Assembly (NCBI RefSeq): GCF_006345805.1 | Contig: NC_043009.1 | Coordinates: forward strand, 49,538,001-49,602,000 | Length of the DNA stretch: 64,000 nucleotides | Source: Octopus sinensis | Taxonomy: Eukaryota | Reading direction: 5' to 3' | Part shown: positions 1 through 12,703 of the stretch, piece by piece | Layout of the letters: each line of letters begins with the position of its first letter | How positions within the stretch are numbered: position 1 is the stretch's first letter | Position numbers and translations under genes: made by a program | The notes under the pieces: generated by a model | The model's input: only the letters and a program-made list of their open reading frames with translations | What the model was told of the DNA's origin: nothing | Databases searched by the model: none

Positions 1-499
1 TGATGTAGAGGATATAGAAGACAGCGGGATAGACTGGGGTGGAGGCTTCATAAACATAAATACATATTTACTATTTCTGACAAAACTCCCGGTCTTCCAG
101 TTCTGTCAGTTGTTAGTGTTGACTTTGCACTTCACTGTCTACATAAAAATTATCAATTAGCTAACTTACTTTAGGTGGATAAGTTACATAAGCCTGTGCA
201 CTGTGTGTGTGTGTGTGTGTGTGAAAGTGTGTCAGTGTGTTTCTGTGTCAATATGCAAGCGTACATGAATGTGTCAGTGTGGAAATGTCATGCGTTTGCA
301 AGTGAGCATGTGAATGACCATGTATGTATATGCATACATGCAAATATATGGATATGCGGGTGGAAGTATGTGTACGTATGAATGTGTATTTTTGTATGTA
401 GGGAAATATGCATGAACGTGAATGAGTATGGGATATCTCTGTGCATGTATGTCTGTATTGACGTCTGAGGAAGTGGGAATTGTGTGTGTGTGTGTGTGT

Positions 500-552
<53 letters not shown>

Positions 553-1261
553 CAGAGAGAATTACCAGAGAACAGGCAGGAGAAAGAGAGAATTTTAATT
601 ATTTTGGATGAGTAGAATTTTTAACAAGATATCCAATTTATCAATAGTTACATTATGGTAGAAGCATATCAAAATTTTAAAAAACTGACATACACACATT
701 GATTTATTGCCTTTTTAAAAGTGCAAAAGTGTGTGTGTGTGTGTACGTGTATAAATATAAATCATCAAAATATTTAATCACACATGTGTAAAAGTATGAT
801 CTGGTCGATGATACTATTTTAACCACCGTATCTAATTTACAAATTCTACTTGCCTTGTTTCGCTGACTAAAGAGCTTCTCTAACTCTCAGTAACTAGAAA
901 TTGATGAAAACCAAAGCGATAAAAATAAATAGCAGTCAAAGATCCCTTGTATCCACCCTTTTATTTTAAAGGGGGAGGATACACTATGCTCAAGATACAC
1001 TATGCTTAAAAAGGTGAGAAAAAATAGAAATATAAAAAAATTTTTAAACTAGTTGGCTACAGCCAGAATGTCTTTGATCAAAGGTTTGCTCAGAGCTGAT
1101 GTAGAGTTAAACAACAACAACAACAAGAATATTAAGAAGTTGGGTGATCTTACAGAGCAAGTAATTAAAACTTTGTGAGTATATACATAAACAAGGTGGT
1201 GCTGTTAAAGTTTCTGGCTTTGGGTAAAAGAAAATACAGGAGAAGTTAATTATGATTTTAT

Positions 1262-1700
1262 TCATCAAAATCAAAATCGTAATCTATCAACATCAATGGA
1301 ATTTGTAGCTTTGATACCAGTGCCGGTGGCACGTAAGAGAGCCATCTGAACATGGCCGTAGCCAGCGCCTCCCGACTGGCCTCCGTGCTGGTGGCACATA
1401 AAAAGCACCATCCGACCATGGCCGTTGCCAGCTTCGTCTGGTCCCCGCACCGGTGGCACATAAAAAGCACCAGCCGATCGTGGCCATCTGGCAGCCTCGT
1501 CTGGCACCTGTGCTGGTGGCACGTAAAAAGCACCCACTACACTCACGAAGTGGTTGGCGTTAGGAAGGGCATTTAGCTGTAGAAACACTGCCAGATCAGA
1601 CTGGGCCTGGTGCAGCCTTCTGGCTTCCCAGACCCCAGTTGAACTGTCCAACCCATGCCAGCATGGAAAGCGGACGTTAAATGATGATGATAATGATGAT
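1262..1700 (+). mobile_element. SINE-like retroposon, family C (GGAAGGGCATCCAGCTGTAGAAAC-type 3' region, (GAT)n tail)
   Basis: Its 3' part matches other copies in the window (25097-25380, 45670-45940, 56527-56670). It ends in a GATGATGAT tail and has four ~63-bp internal repeats carrying GGTGGCACRTAA. Orientation assigned from the tail. Confidence 0.8.
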
Positions 1701-2545
1701 TCTCCTCTCAGATACACACTTATTGCAGTGGTCCTTCAGTTTTTCTAAGCCTGTAAAAAAACTCGGAAGGTTGGGCCCCCAGCCAGGCCTTTCATGATAC
1801 CTTTAAAGCCAGGGACTTTACAGCTCCCCTTTTATATACAGTATAACAGCATATGTAGAGATCATGTAAAAGTGTGAATAAAGAGTTGAGATTTCTACAC
1901 ATGCTGCAGTATGAACATTGAGTGTAGATTACTGTAAGATCAACATCAAGGTATATATACTGAGTGTTGATAGCTGCACAAGCAACAGTGTATAGGTAAA
2001 TTACTGAACACGCATACTTCTATACATTTGCATGCATACAAGCGACAGTGTCTGTACAAAATGTAGGTAGATTAGTGCATGAGCAACAGTGTATATCAAG
2101 TGCACATTACTGCACATGCAACAGCATGTATATTGTACAAGCGATAGTGTGCATACTGAGTGCAGATAACTACACAACCAACTGTTGTTATGCTATATAA
2201 GTGTGTGTGTGTGTGTGTGTGTATGCATGTGGTCCGAGCAGTTTGTTGATGGAAACATGACATATCTACTCAACCCAATTATTGTCTTCGTTGCCACCCA
2301 ACCTCCCCAAAATTTTCTGGGGTGGTGGTGGTTTCATTTATCTATTCTAGCAACTGATGAAAAAAAAAAAAAAAAAAAAAAAAGGAAGATATCCACCAAC
2401 ATTCAAGATAGCTACAAGACAAATGAGAAGAATGCGGAAGCCATTACATCTTATTTAAGTTGGAAAATAGGTTGCTAATGACAGTAATTCAAGCAGTCAA
2501 GTCGTTTTTCTTTTTCGCCTACTTCGCTTTGCATCTTCGCATCAG

Positions 2546-2584
2546 TCGGAACTAAAATCAAATCAAGACAGCCTTTCTCCAAGA
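2546..2584 (+). CDS. Candidate 39-nt internal exon (SELKSNQDSLSPR in phase 0) of an unidentified host gene
   Basis: Branch-like GCTAAT near 2473, pyrimidine tract and CAG acceptor (2543-2545), GTAAGC donor at 2585. Length is a multiple of 3 and phase 0 is open. No homology evidence. Confidence 0.4.
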
Positions 2585-2792
2585 GTAAGCAATTTGTCAG
2601 AAAGTAGATGTGGTTTTCGGTACTTAGATAAGTGAAATAAACATATCTCTATTAGAAGAAAATAGCCGAGAGATTAGTGTATAGTGGTTAGGATGGAAGG
2701 AGGGCAGGAAGGAAGGTGGGAAACCGGTGAGAAAGAAAAAAAAAAAGAAAGAATGAGAGACTGAGATTGTAAGAATGAGATTAATGGAGATT

Positions 2793-2819
2793 ATATGTGT
2801 ATGTATATATATATGTGTG

Positions 2820-2868
<49 letters not shown>

Positions 2869-2962
2869 ATGTATATATATATGTGTATGTATATATATAT
2901 ATATGTGTATATATATGTATATATATATATGTGTGTGTATATATATATATGTATATATATAT
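2793..2962. repeat. Compound (TA)n/(TG)n microsatellite
   Basis: Directly visible dinucleotide repeats. Confidence 0.95.
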
Positions 2963-3059
2963 AACAGAGAGGGGTAGGAGAAGAGGTGTAACACAAGAGG
3001 TCAAAATTGATATAACAGACTAAAGCCATTGAAATAATGTTAAAAGGTCAAAATATAGA

Positions 3060-3103
<44 letters not shown>

Positions 3104-3586
3104 ATACACATATATATAGAGAGAGAGAGAAAGAGAGAGAGCAAATATGAAAAAGAAACTGAAAGACTAAGGGAATATTCCAGGGATGTACTACATCAAT
3201 GTTTCTATATTGGGCTGTCACCATGGTAGTGCTTTTCATGGTTTATGTGTAGGAGGTGTGTGTGTGAGTGTGTTGTGTGTGTATGTGTGGGGGTTAAATG
3301 TTTGACATCACTTGTTCCCATTATTCGCCTGTCCATACATAAATAAATAAATATCATAAATATACAAATACTACCATCGCTGTGTCTCATCAGATCACAT
3401 CCATCCACACACACACACACACACTTGTTTATGGAACAACTAAATACTTTGGTAGATTTGGTATATTCCTTAGAGAATGGTTGGATTGGAGCAGATACAT
3501 CAATTCTGTCTGGCCAATAAGTTTGGCGTTTATAGTTCTGTAACTATAGTCATACATAGGTCAACAGCAAATATACCTATATAGGA

Positions 3587-3605
3587 TGTGTGTACATGTG
3601 CATAC

Positions 3606-3660
<55 letters not shown>

Positions 3661-3874
3661 CATACATATATATACATACATACATACATACATATATACA
3701 TACATACATACATATATACATACATACATACATACATACATATACATACATATACATACATACATACATATATATATACATACATACATACATATATATA
3801 CATACATACATACATATATATACATACATACATACATATATATACATACATACATACATACATATACATACACA

Positions 3875-3906
<32 letters not shown>

Positions 3907-4005
3907 CATATACATGCACACTCACACATATATATACAAACACCATATACATGCACACACATATATACACACATACATATATACACATACATATACACAC
4001 ACAGA
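3587..4005. repeat. Long (TACA)n/(TA)n microsatellite
   Basis: Directly visible; source of the YIHT/MYVC pseudo-ORFs. Confidence 0.95.
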
Positions 4006-4897
4006 CATGCAGTAAAATGAAGTCAAATTGAGAGTAAATCACTTTTTCTGTAGAAACCATAAAGAGCGAGGGGTGTCAAATAATGACTTTTTATTCAATC
4101 GGTAATAGAAATAATTAACTTTGCTGCATTTATTTTCGTCATAACTACTCCGTGAGTAAATGATCATCATTATTTTGTTTTTGTAAAAAAACTGATAGTT
4201 TTAGTTCCAAATTCTAAGAAAATGTACTAAAAGATCAGATTTTCAAATTCTTGTCTTCTTTTAATGCATTAATAACCTTAAAGAAAGGCATGGTTGCCAC
4301 AACTCTACTTCCTTCACAAAGACATTTTCATTATCATTATTAGGTGGCAAACTGGCAGAATTGTGAGTGCATTGGACAAAATGTTTTGTGACACTTTCTT
4401 CTTGGTTCAAATTCCACCAAATTCGATTTTACATTTTCATTGTTTTGGGGTGGAAAAAATAAAATCCAGTTGAGCAATGGAATTATGTAATTGACTAACC
4501 ATGTACCAAAATCTGCCAAAGTACACTGAATGGGGTACAAGCACAGCTTGATGAAACCATTGATTTCTCAAGCAAAGTGTTTTACTGGGGTAGGTTGTAG
4601 GATGACCAACACAGCTTTCATTTTCTCAACAAAACCTTGCATTTGAGCATTAGTGGTGTTTATGCCCCCATAAACAATATGTACTGTAGCTTGGTTGTTT
4701 TGTAGGTTCTGACATATGAAGCCCAGTTGAATGTAAAACATCCTTACTTCAAAAAGCATATAGAAGTTAACAATAAGAAGGGCATCTGGCTATAGAATAC
4801 AGACTATATAAACCTCATCGGATCCATGCACTGTTGATGTAAAAATGATTAAGATATGGAAAGACAGTGAGACTGTTGGGAGTGGTGAGGTAAAATA

Positions 4898-5124
4898 CCT
4901 ATTTCTTTACTACCCACAAGGGGCTAAACACAGAGCGGACAAACAAGGACAGACAAACGGATTAAGTGATTATATCGACCTCAGTGCGTAACTGGTACTT
5001 ATTTAATTGACCCCGAAAGGATGAAAGGCAAAGTCGACCTCGGCGGAATTTGAACTCAGACCGTAACGGCAGACGAAATACGGCTACGCATTTTGCTCGG
5101 CGTGCTAACGTTTCTGCCAGCTCG
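4898..5124 (-). mobile_element. tRNA-derived SINE, family B
   Basis: Reverse complement of the 51531-51764 copy, with A-box TGGCAGAAACGTT and B-box GAGTTCAAATTCC. GGTAAAATA occurs on both flanks (probable TSD). Confidence 0.9.
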
Positions 5125-6056
5125 GTGGTAAAATATCATGGTGAGAGAGCAATTAAAAGAAGAGAGAATCAGGTTTGATCAGAGATGTGGTGAAGAGAGG
5201 AGAGAATGATAAACCATTCCATTTGAGTGAGAGGAATGTTGGGTAAGGTGAGGTACAAAGGTGGTACAAAGTGTCACTAAGTTCAGGGATAGATAGGTAG
5301 ATAGATAGAGAGAGTAAAATAAAGCAACAGAGAACGTGAAAGAGAGAGAGAGTAAAAAAGCAGAAGGGAGAGGCAGATGAGAGAATATGGCAGAGGTTGT
5401 GGAGAAAGATGAACCATTAAGTAATTTAAACAAAATGTTCAAACATGGAAATAATACAGGTGAGAGAGGGAGAGAGAGACAGAGGTAGGGATGGCTGATA
5501 CCTGCCAATGTTGGACCACCCACATACTTACTGAGAAATACTAACAAAGAAAAGTAAGGAAGGATTAAAAATCCATGGGAGGCAATGAGTGGAGGAGGTG
5601 AAGATGAGACAGACATGGAGACATAGAAGATGGGAAAGAGGAAATGATTTCTTGAAAAGAAAAGTTGGACTTATTTAGTCACCTAATAAATAGGGTCCAT
5701 CTGTATATTTGTGTTACTTCTGTTGCTTTTGTTTTGAAAACTTGTCAGAACTTTTGCAAGGAAAGAAGGATGGTAGGAAGGGGAAAGAGAGGAGACAGAA
5801 GTGAAAGGTGGTGGGTGATATCAGTAACAGCAGGAGAACAGGACAGTGGACAAGTGGTTTTTGATGGTGGTGATGTTGAAGTCCATTACAGGAAACTGGA
5901 CAAGCATAACAAATAAGAAAATTTTAAAAAGGTGTAAAAGGAAATGTCAAGGAAGGAAAGGAAGAGGAGACGTGGTGATTGTTGTTCTTCCTGCATTATA
6001 GTTACAGATGTTTACCTAGTGAGTGTGTGTGTGTGTGTATATATATTATATATATA

Positions 6057-6110
<54 letters not shown>

Positions 6111-7567
6111 CACACACATTATATATATACATACACACACATATATATACATTAGTCTATGTATCATGGTAGGGGAGCAAAATTTGGCACTCATTCACTC
6201 ACCCTCTCACCATATCAGGATTTCAAGCCACTTCCTTTCAGCTATCTTTTATATCTACCTTCACTGAGTCAGTTGTTGTTTAGTCTTAGGGTTAAGCTTG
6301 CAATTTAGAAAAGTGTGTGTGTGAGTGAGTGAGAGAGAAAGAGATGGGTATGGCAAGAGTAATATGGCTTGGTGGTTGCAAAGTTTGTTTGGTAACCTTG
6401 GGGGCAAATGTCTTCTGTTGCTTCAGCCTTCCATGTGAGTGAAATTTAATAGTCATAAACTACATGGAAACTGATACAATATGAGCCAACCATGATCATC
6501 CTGTTTTTTTCACAAGTATATCTAGAACTTTATTATCTAATGTGTTTGATCTTTATCAAAGATATTAAGCAAGGTGTAATTTCATGAGAATTTGCTTGCT
6601 ATTTCTAGAAGGTTCGGTAGTGACAGAGAAACTCATCTAGTCAGCTGTTTAGCTGTCAGCAGCTACAACTTTAAATAACTACTATTACTACTATTCAGTG
6701 ATGTTAATATTTTTGTTGCTAACTGGTCTGTAATTATCATCATCATCACCATTATTCTATCCTCATTGTTGTTGCTGTTAAACTCCAGGTTGACCATAAC
6801 TAAGCAGATTTTATGACAAAAGAAAATTCAGGCCATGAGCATTTCATTTTAGGGATAGCTTTAAACCTTCATTATCCAATACAGCTTCTCCTTCTATCAG
6901 ACTGTAATATATCACTGAACAAAATTTATCAGCAATTTTTAGCAGACTAAGCGACCACACAGAGGCTCCCTTGTTAAGTTGTTGCTAGTATTGTAGTGAC
7001 TGTATTAATAGTGAAAATGTACCATGTATTGTCTGGTTAGGCAATTCTAACACAATAGGAATACTCAATGGAATAGTTGAAACTAACCCTAGCCAATGGA
7101 GAGAGAGAGTAATGAGAGAGAGCATTCAATGACAACTTAGAGAATTAAAAAGATAAAAAATGTTAACAGAGAACCTTTGCGGAATCATATAGAATCTCAA
7201 TGGGATTGTAATGTTCAGTCAGCTGTCTATCCATTAGGTTAGGTTTTGTGTTAAGATATTTAATGTATGTACCATTAAAAATTCTAACAAGAAATGAATA
7301 TGTGTTGAAGAAATATTCGATATTAGTCAATCACTAACGTTATTTTAGAAGAGAGTTGTAGTTTGCTTGAAGTATTGTGATGTAGAAGTAAAACAACAAA
7401 TAGTGAAGACGGAGAGCTTTTAACAATGCGAAAAGAGAAAGTTAAGAAACCTTTATATATTTCAGGCTTAAAGAGCTATCATTGGATGTGAACAGCTTAT
7501 AAATGCCAGTTTATGTAGATCCTGCTATGATGATTGCCAAATGAGTAGTGGCCCCTAATTTATTTTT

Positions 7568-7945
7568 TTTATCTCTTGTTTCAGTCATTAGACTGCCATG
7601 CTCAAGCACACTCTTGAAGGGTTTTAGTTGAACGAATTGATCCCAGTATTAATTTTTTTTAAAGCCTAGTACTTAGTCAATTGGTTTCTTTTTGCTAAAC
7701 TGCAAAGCTATGTTATGGGGGTGTAAACGAACTAACACCCCTTGTCAAGAAGTAGTGGGACAAAACACACATATTTATAACATACTTCTTTCAGTTTCCG
7801 TCCAACCAGACTCACTTAGAAGGCTTTGGTCAGCTTGGGGCTATTATAGAAGACACTTGTTAAAGGTGTCATACCATGGGACTGAACCAAGAACCATTTG
7901 GTTAGGAAACAAACTTCTTATTACACAGCCATGCCTGTACCCATG
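7568..7945 (-). mobile_element. Diverged tRNA-derived SINE, family A
   Basis: Aligns by eye with 19972-20368 and 23712-24098 (tgtttcagtcatt... ctttcagtttccgt... gggactgaacc). Confidence 0.75.
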
Positions 7946-8011
7946 CCCAGTGAAATTATTTTAATTCTTTCGGCAAGTACAAGAGATAGTTTTGGGTATC
8001 TAATTTATAGA

Positions 8012-8450
8012 TAACTAGCAGCATAGCCCGGCGTTGCCCAGGTATGTAAGAGCCCCTAGTAGGCACCGACTAATCCCAATCTAGTCCTTTCCCTCTAGGG
8101 AACAAAGGCGCATGTGTAAGTTGCAATGTCTTCTCTTCACTCGAATACGTCTGTGTATACGATGTACCTAGCTGTCCCTTTGGGCGATAAAAAAGTCGAG
8201 TTGTGTCCCCTAGACAGAAAATGTGTTGCATATAAAAAGCTTAGATTCTTGACCCCATGTCGAATTTATCGATTTTTTTCAGAACTGGAGAACTTTTCAA
8301 AATTTTCGCTGTGTTAGTTTTGAATTATGTATGACATTGGTCTATGTGTGTGTCAAGTTTCATCAGAATCGGTTGAAAGCCGTGGTCAGGGTGAGGGTAC
8401 AACCTGACAGACACACAGACAGACAAACTGCTGTTTATATAGAGAGAGAT
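8012..8450 (+). mobile_element. Non-autonomous Helitron/Helentron-associated element (HINE/DINE-1/Lep1-like)
   Basis: 5' AACTAG followed by the GC-rich stem GCCCGGCGTTGCCCAGG. 3' region has the AAGTTTCATCAGAATCGGTTGAAAGCCGT motif, (CAGA)n repeats and a TTTATATAG end. This layout is typical of HINEs. No ORF. Confidence 0.7.
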
Positions 8451-9633
8451 TGCAATTTGTGAACACTATTGTCCACTGGCAACCAGGTTTCAGTGTTATT
8501 CTAACCTCATCAGTAAAACAAAGAACAAAAACATTAACTGCATTTGCTACATATAATGATGAATGGATCAGTAACCAAATGTACAAGACTGTATATTTGT
8601 AGATGTAGGATGATAGAACTATTTAAAGAAAGACCTATTCAAAGATACCAATCTCACAAACACCTAAAAAAAATATTTAAGTATGTGTTAACACATTCAA
8701 TGAATAGCATCACTGACTGAGCAGATAAATTTCAATTATAGATAAGAAAATAGTTAGGCACAGTAATACAGATTCAGTTTTGTCCAAATTGGCTGTTGAA
8801 AGTTACTTTGACTTTTGGCTCCTTTTAAAGGTGTATAGGAATATTTATTTTTTTATTGCCAGAATAAGGAAGGAGACAATGTATTTATTTACCTGTAAGG
8901 AGGGAAAATAATATATTTTCCTCCTCTTTTTTCTTCCATTACAGTCTACCTTCTGAACTTTAAGTGTTTCAGCCTTTAAAGGGTTCATAATAAAAATGAA
9001 TAATTCTTTAAACTGATAGCAGATGGTTATTTTTTTAGATGAGGTATAAAAGCAATAAATGTCTATAAATAAATGGGAAAATGTTAAGAATCAAACAAAT
9101 TTATATTTCAGCCAATCACTAGACTTGACTTGGTCAATAGAAGGATAATAGATTTCTTGTAAAGAAACTATAAGCTTTTCCTGATAGCTTGCATATGAAG
9201 GTTTTATACACCAGTGTGAGAAACAATATACTCACAATTGAAAAACAAACAAAAAAAAGTCTATCTTATCCTATTTTGGAGGAACAAGATCATTATTATA
9301 TTGGAGAAAGACTTCTCTAATTTCCTTCAAAAAGTAAATGGTATTTAGGTTTTCCTTCCTTTTTGTTATTTTTTTTTGCTATGTTTTTGTAATTGTATTC
9401 ATTATAATTATTTTTAAGCCATGAATTAGAACATCCCGATTTTAGCAAATTCTAAATTTGGATTACCTCGAATGTATAGAAAGTTTCAGCAAACCTGAGT
9501 AAAAGAAATGTAATTAAACTGGTTTTTTTTTATTTGATAGTTCACTAGATTGACTAATATATCTACATCTATCTATTTATATGTGTATGTATATATAGGT
9601 GCATGTATCTACATATATATACATATATTTCAT

Positions 9634-9683
<50 letters not shown>

Positions 9684-12064
9684 CACACCACTATTCAAAA
9701 ACTAAAGTTAACATTTTGTATAACCATTTTATGAAAATCTTAGTTTGATCATTGAATAAGAGGCAAATAGATATCCAGACAAGATTAGTAAATGTGATGG
9801 AGAAGATATAGAGGAGAGAAAAGAGGAAAAAAAGGAGAGTGAAGTCTAAACTATTAGTAACTTTTATTTAAAAAAAAAACAGAGAGACTGAAAACAAAAC
9901 AGATGAAATATAAATGCTAGTTTCCAGATATATGTCTAGATGTGAATAATGCCAAGCGTTTTGGACATTGCTGCAAGAATGATATATCTTTTAGATGACC
10001 TCAGCCCTTCTAGGAGTGGACAACCAAAAAGTGAGCAAGATTTGTGATAAAAGAAAACCTTAGATAAAAAATGCAGTCCATCATGAAAAATGAAAATAAC
10101 TGATGTAGACTGCTGAAAAGTATCCACAATGTGAAGAAGAAAATAATAATAATAATAGTAATAATAGAAAAAGGAACCATGAGGAATGTTGACGCATTTA
10201 TCAGTAACAAATCACTGTTCTCATTCACTATTGATCTATTAAAGGTTTCATGGAAGGCAGGGTCATTTGAAGGGATGCTGTGAACCGTGTGATTGGCATC
10301 AGACTAAAGAATGGGCAGAGACTAGCAATAGATGGCATTGATGTATTGCACATGCCGCAATGGTTCTGCAGTGCCACTGCAGTCAATGCAACTGGCCACA
10401 ATGCATTTCTGGCAGCAGATGTAGATCTTTAGAAATCTGTACAACTGTCTTTACAATATCAGATATCCCCAGCAGAGTCACTTCATCAAATTTCATTAAG
10501 ACAACAGCAAATATCAAAGTGGGAAAAAATTTGTGAAGATAGTAATAGCTTTAATAGCTAACACTTCTAGCTTATTAATTAATTAATTTCTTTATTTGCC
10601 CTTTTTTCCCCCCCACCCATTATTGTAGGTTGTTGAGATGGAAAGACATGAGTAAGACAAGTGTTGTTAATTTGCAGATTGAAACACTAATGGTTCCGTG
10701 TAATGTAAAACACATGGATGGAGTTGTAGTTTTATAGATGGCAATAATTTAAATGTAAAACATCATCAGATGTATGTGACAAAAGAAAAGATTTTAAAAA
10801 TTTCAGTGTGTAATGGGCAAGAAGGAATATAATAGGCAAAATGTGCCTATAAATATGGAATGAGCCAGTAAAATCCATAATAGTTGTTTAAGTGCAGGTG
10901 AAGCAAAGAAGAAGTGGAAATATAGTTGGTTATAATGACCCCAATGTTTACTGGTACATATTTTATCAACCCTGGAGGAAATGAAGGTTCTGTTGGCAGG
11001 ATTCAAAATCAGAATATCAAGAGGCATAAATAAATACCACATAACATTTTGTAGGCCATTCTATAAAATCTAGCAATGCACACCACCCTCTACATAAAAA
11101 TATATTACAAACATATCACATCCTCTGATTTAATACAAAATGATATTAAATACACAAATGCAAAGAATATAATAAGTATATTCTCAAGCATTAATATATA
11201 AACAATGCACTACATGTATAGGAAAGTGAAGAGGAGGAAGAGAAAATCTGTACAGATTTTATGCCTAAACAGGGAGGACAGAGAGAAATGTATATGCCCA
11301 CACATGCATTTATCCATATATGTGTGAGGACAGAGAGAAATGTATATGCCCACACATGCATTTATCCAAATATGTGTGTGTATGTGTGTTGCCTGCGATA
11401 TCAATGTAGCTGACAACTGCACGTACAATGGACCATCTATATACATGTACATAAATGTATATGTATTTATATAGCTGCATGTGTATGACACACACACATA
11501 TATATATATGGATGCAGAAGATAAATACAGTTTAAGTCAGTTATGACAGAGCAATAAAAGAGCTGACCAGTTTTTCTGCTCTAAGTCAAACTTCCACAGC
11601 AGGCAGTATGAGGGGGAAGTTACTTAATAAAAAATTTGATTGATTGATCACATAACTATTGTATTTTTGTATTCAATTATCGAGAAGGATTTTATGTACG
11701 CATATATGTATATAAGTGTATGTATGCAAGGATATGTTAGTATATATTTATTTATAGTTATCTGTATGTGTGTATGTGCATCTGTATATGAAAATGCATT
11801 TTGTGTATGTGTGCATCATCAGATGGCAACACATACATATATCCACGCACATACAAAAATTTCATATCCATCATTACTGCTACAGTATGGGCGGCAAAAA
11901 ATCTGACACAATCTCTAACTGTAGCCATTAGAGCTGAATTGGGAAAAATTTTTATTTCTTCCAGTCGACATTTCAATTTGATATCAAATTTGTAAAATGG
12001 GGAATGAGTGGAAAAAAAAAACAAAAAAAAACAGAAAGAAAAATAATAGCAATAATGGTTTATG

Positions 12065-12116
<52 letters not shown>
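12065..12116. repeat. (AAT)n microsatellite
   Basis: Directly visible. Confidence 0.95.
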
Positions 12117-12118
<2 letters not shown>

Positions 12119-12669
12119 TATAAAGAATTAAAGAAATAAATAAGTAAAAATTCTACAATGAAAGAATATAATGAAAAATTTTTCCTATTAATAATTTCTT
12201 TAAGAAGAAAAATAGAAAAATCAAATAGAATTTCCAACCAATTCCTACACATCATCATCTTCATCACCTCCACCACCATCACTATCATCCTCACCTCCAC
12301 CACCATGACTGTCATCATCACCACCACCACCACCACCACCACTATGCCATTATCGTCATCACCATCATAACTATGAGTCTTAACCAAATTAAATGAAAAA
12401 TGGAGGTCAGTATGAAAAATGACAGCAGCAACAAAATAACAAGTAATATTTCGAAATCCTGAAATAAATTACACTGAAATAGAATTCTTGGGGTTGTTTA
12501 GAGTTTTATAGTAATGACTGTTTGTGTTTTTAACAACTTGACATCAGGCGAACTTTTCAAAGGGTTCTGTTTTCAAGGGAAATCAGGGCACTAAGGATAT
12601 ATAACATTTATAACAATGGTTGGTAGGTTGGTTTGATTGGTTAAGTTGTATGAGTGTAGCTGTGGTATG

Positions 12670-12703
<34 letters not shown>

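Noticed and set aside
1325-1540. Four GGTGGCACRTAA repeats at ~63-bp spacing, superficially like a CRISPR array
   Set aside because: The spacers are homologous to each other, the array lies inside an interspersed family C retroposon in animal DNA, and no cas genes are present.
1258-1748. Overlapping GC-richer ORFs up to 148 aa
   Set aside because: They coincide with the family C SINE-like repeat, and the repeated peptides reflect its internal tandem units.
9950-10440. RSGQP-like peptide (mariner RSGRP-like) and a 52-codon open stretch near 10274-10432
   Set aside because: No further transposase motifs or TIRs were recognisable; too short to support.
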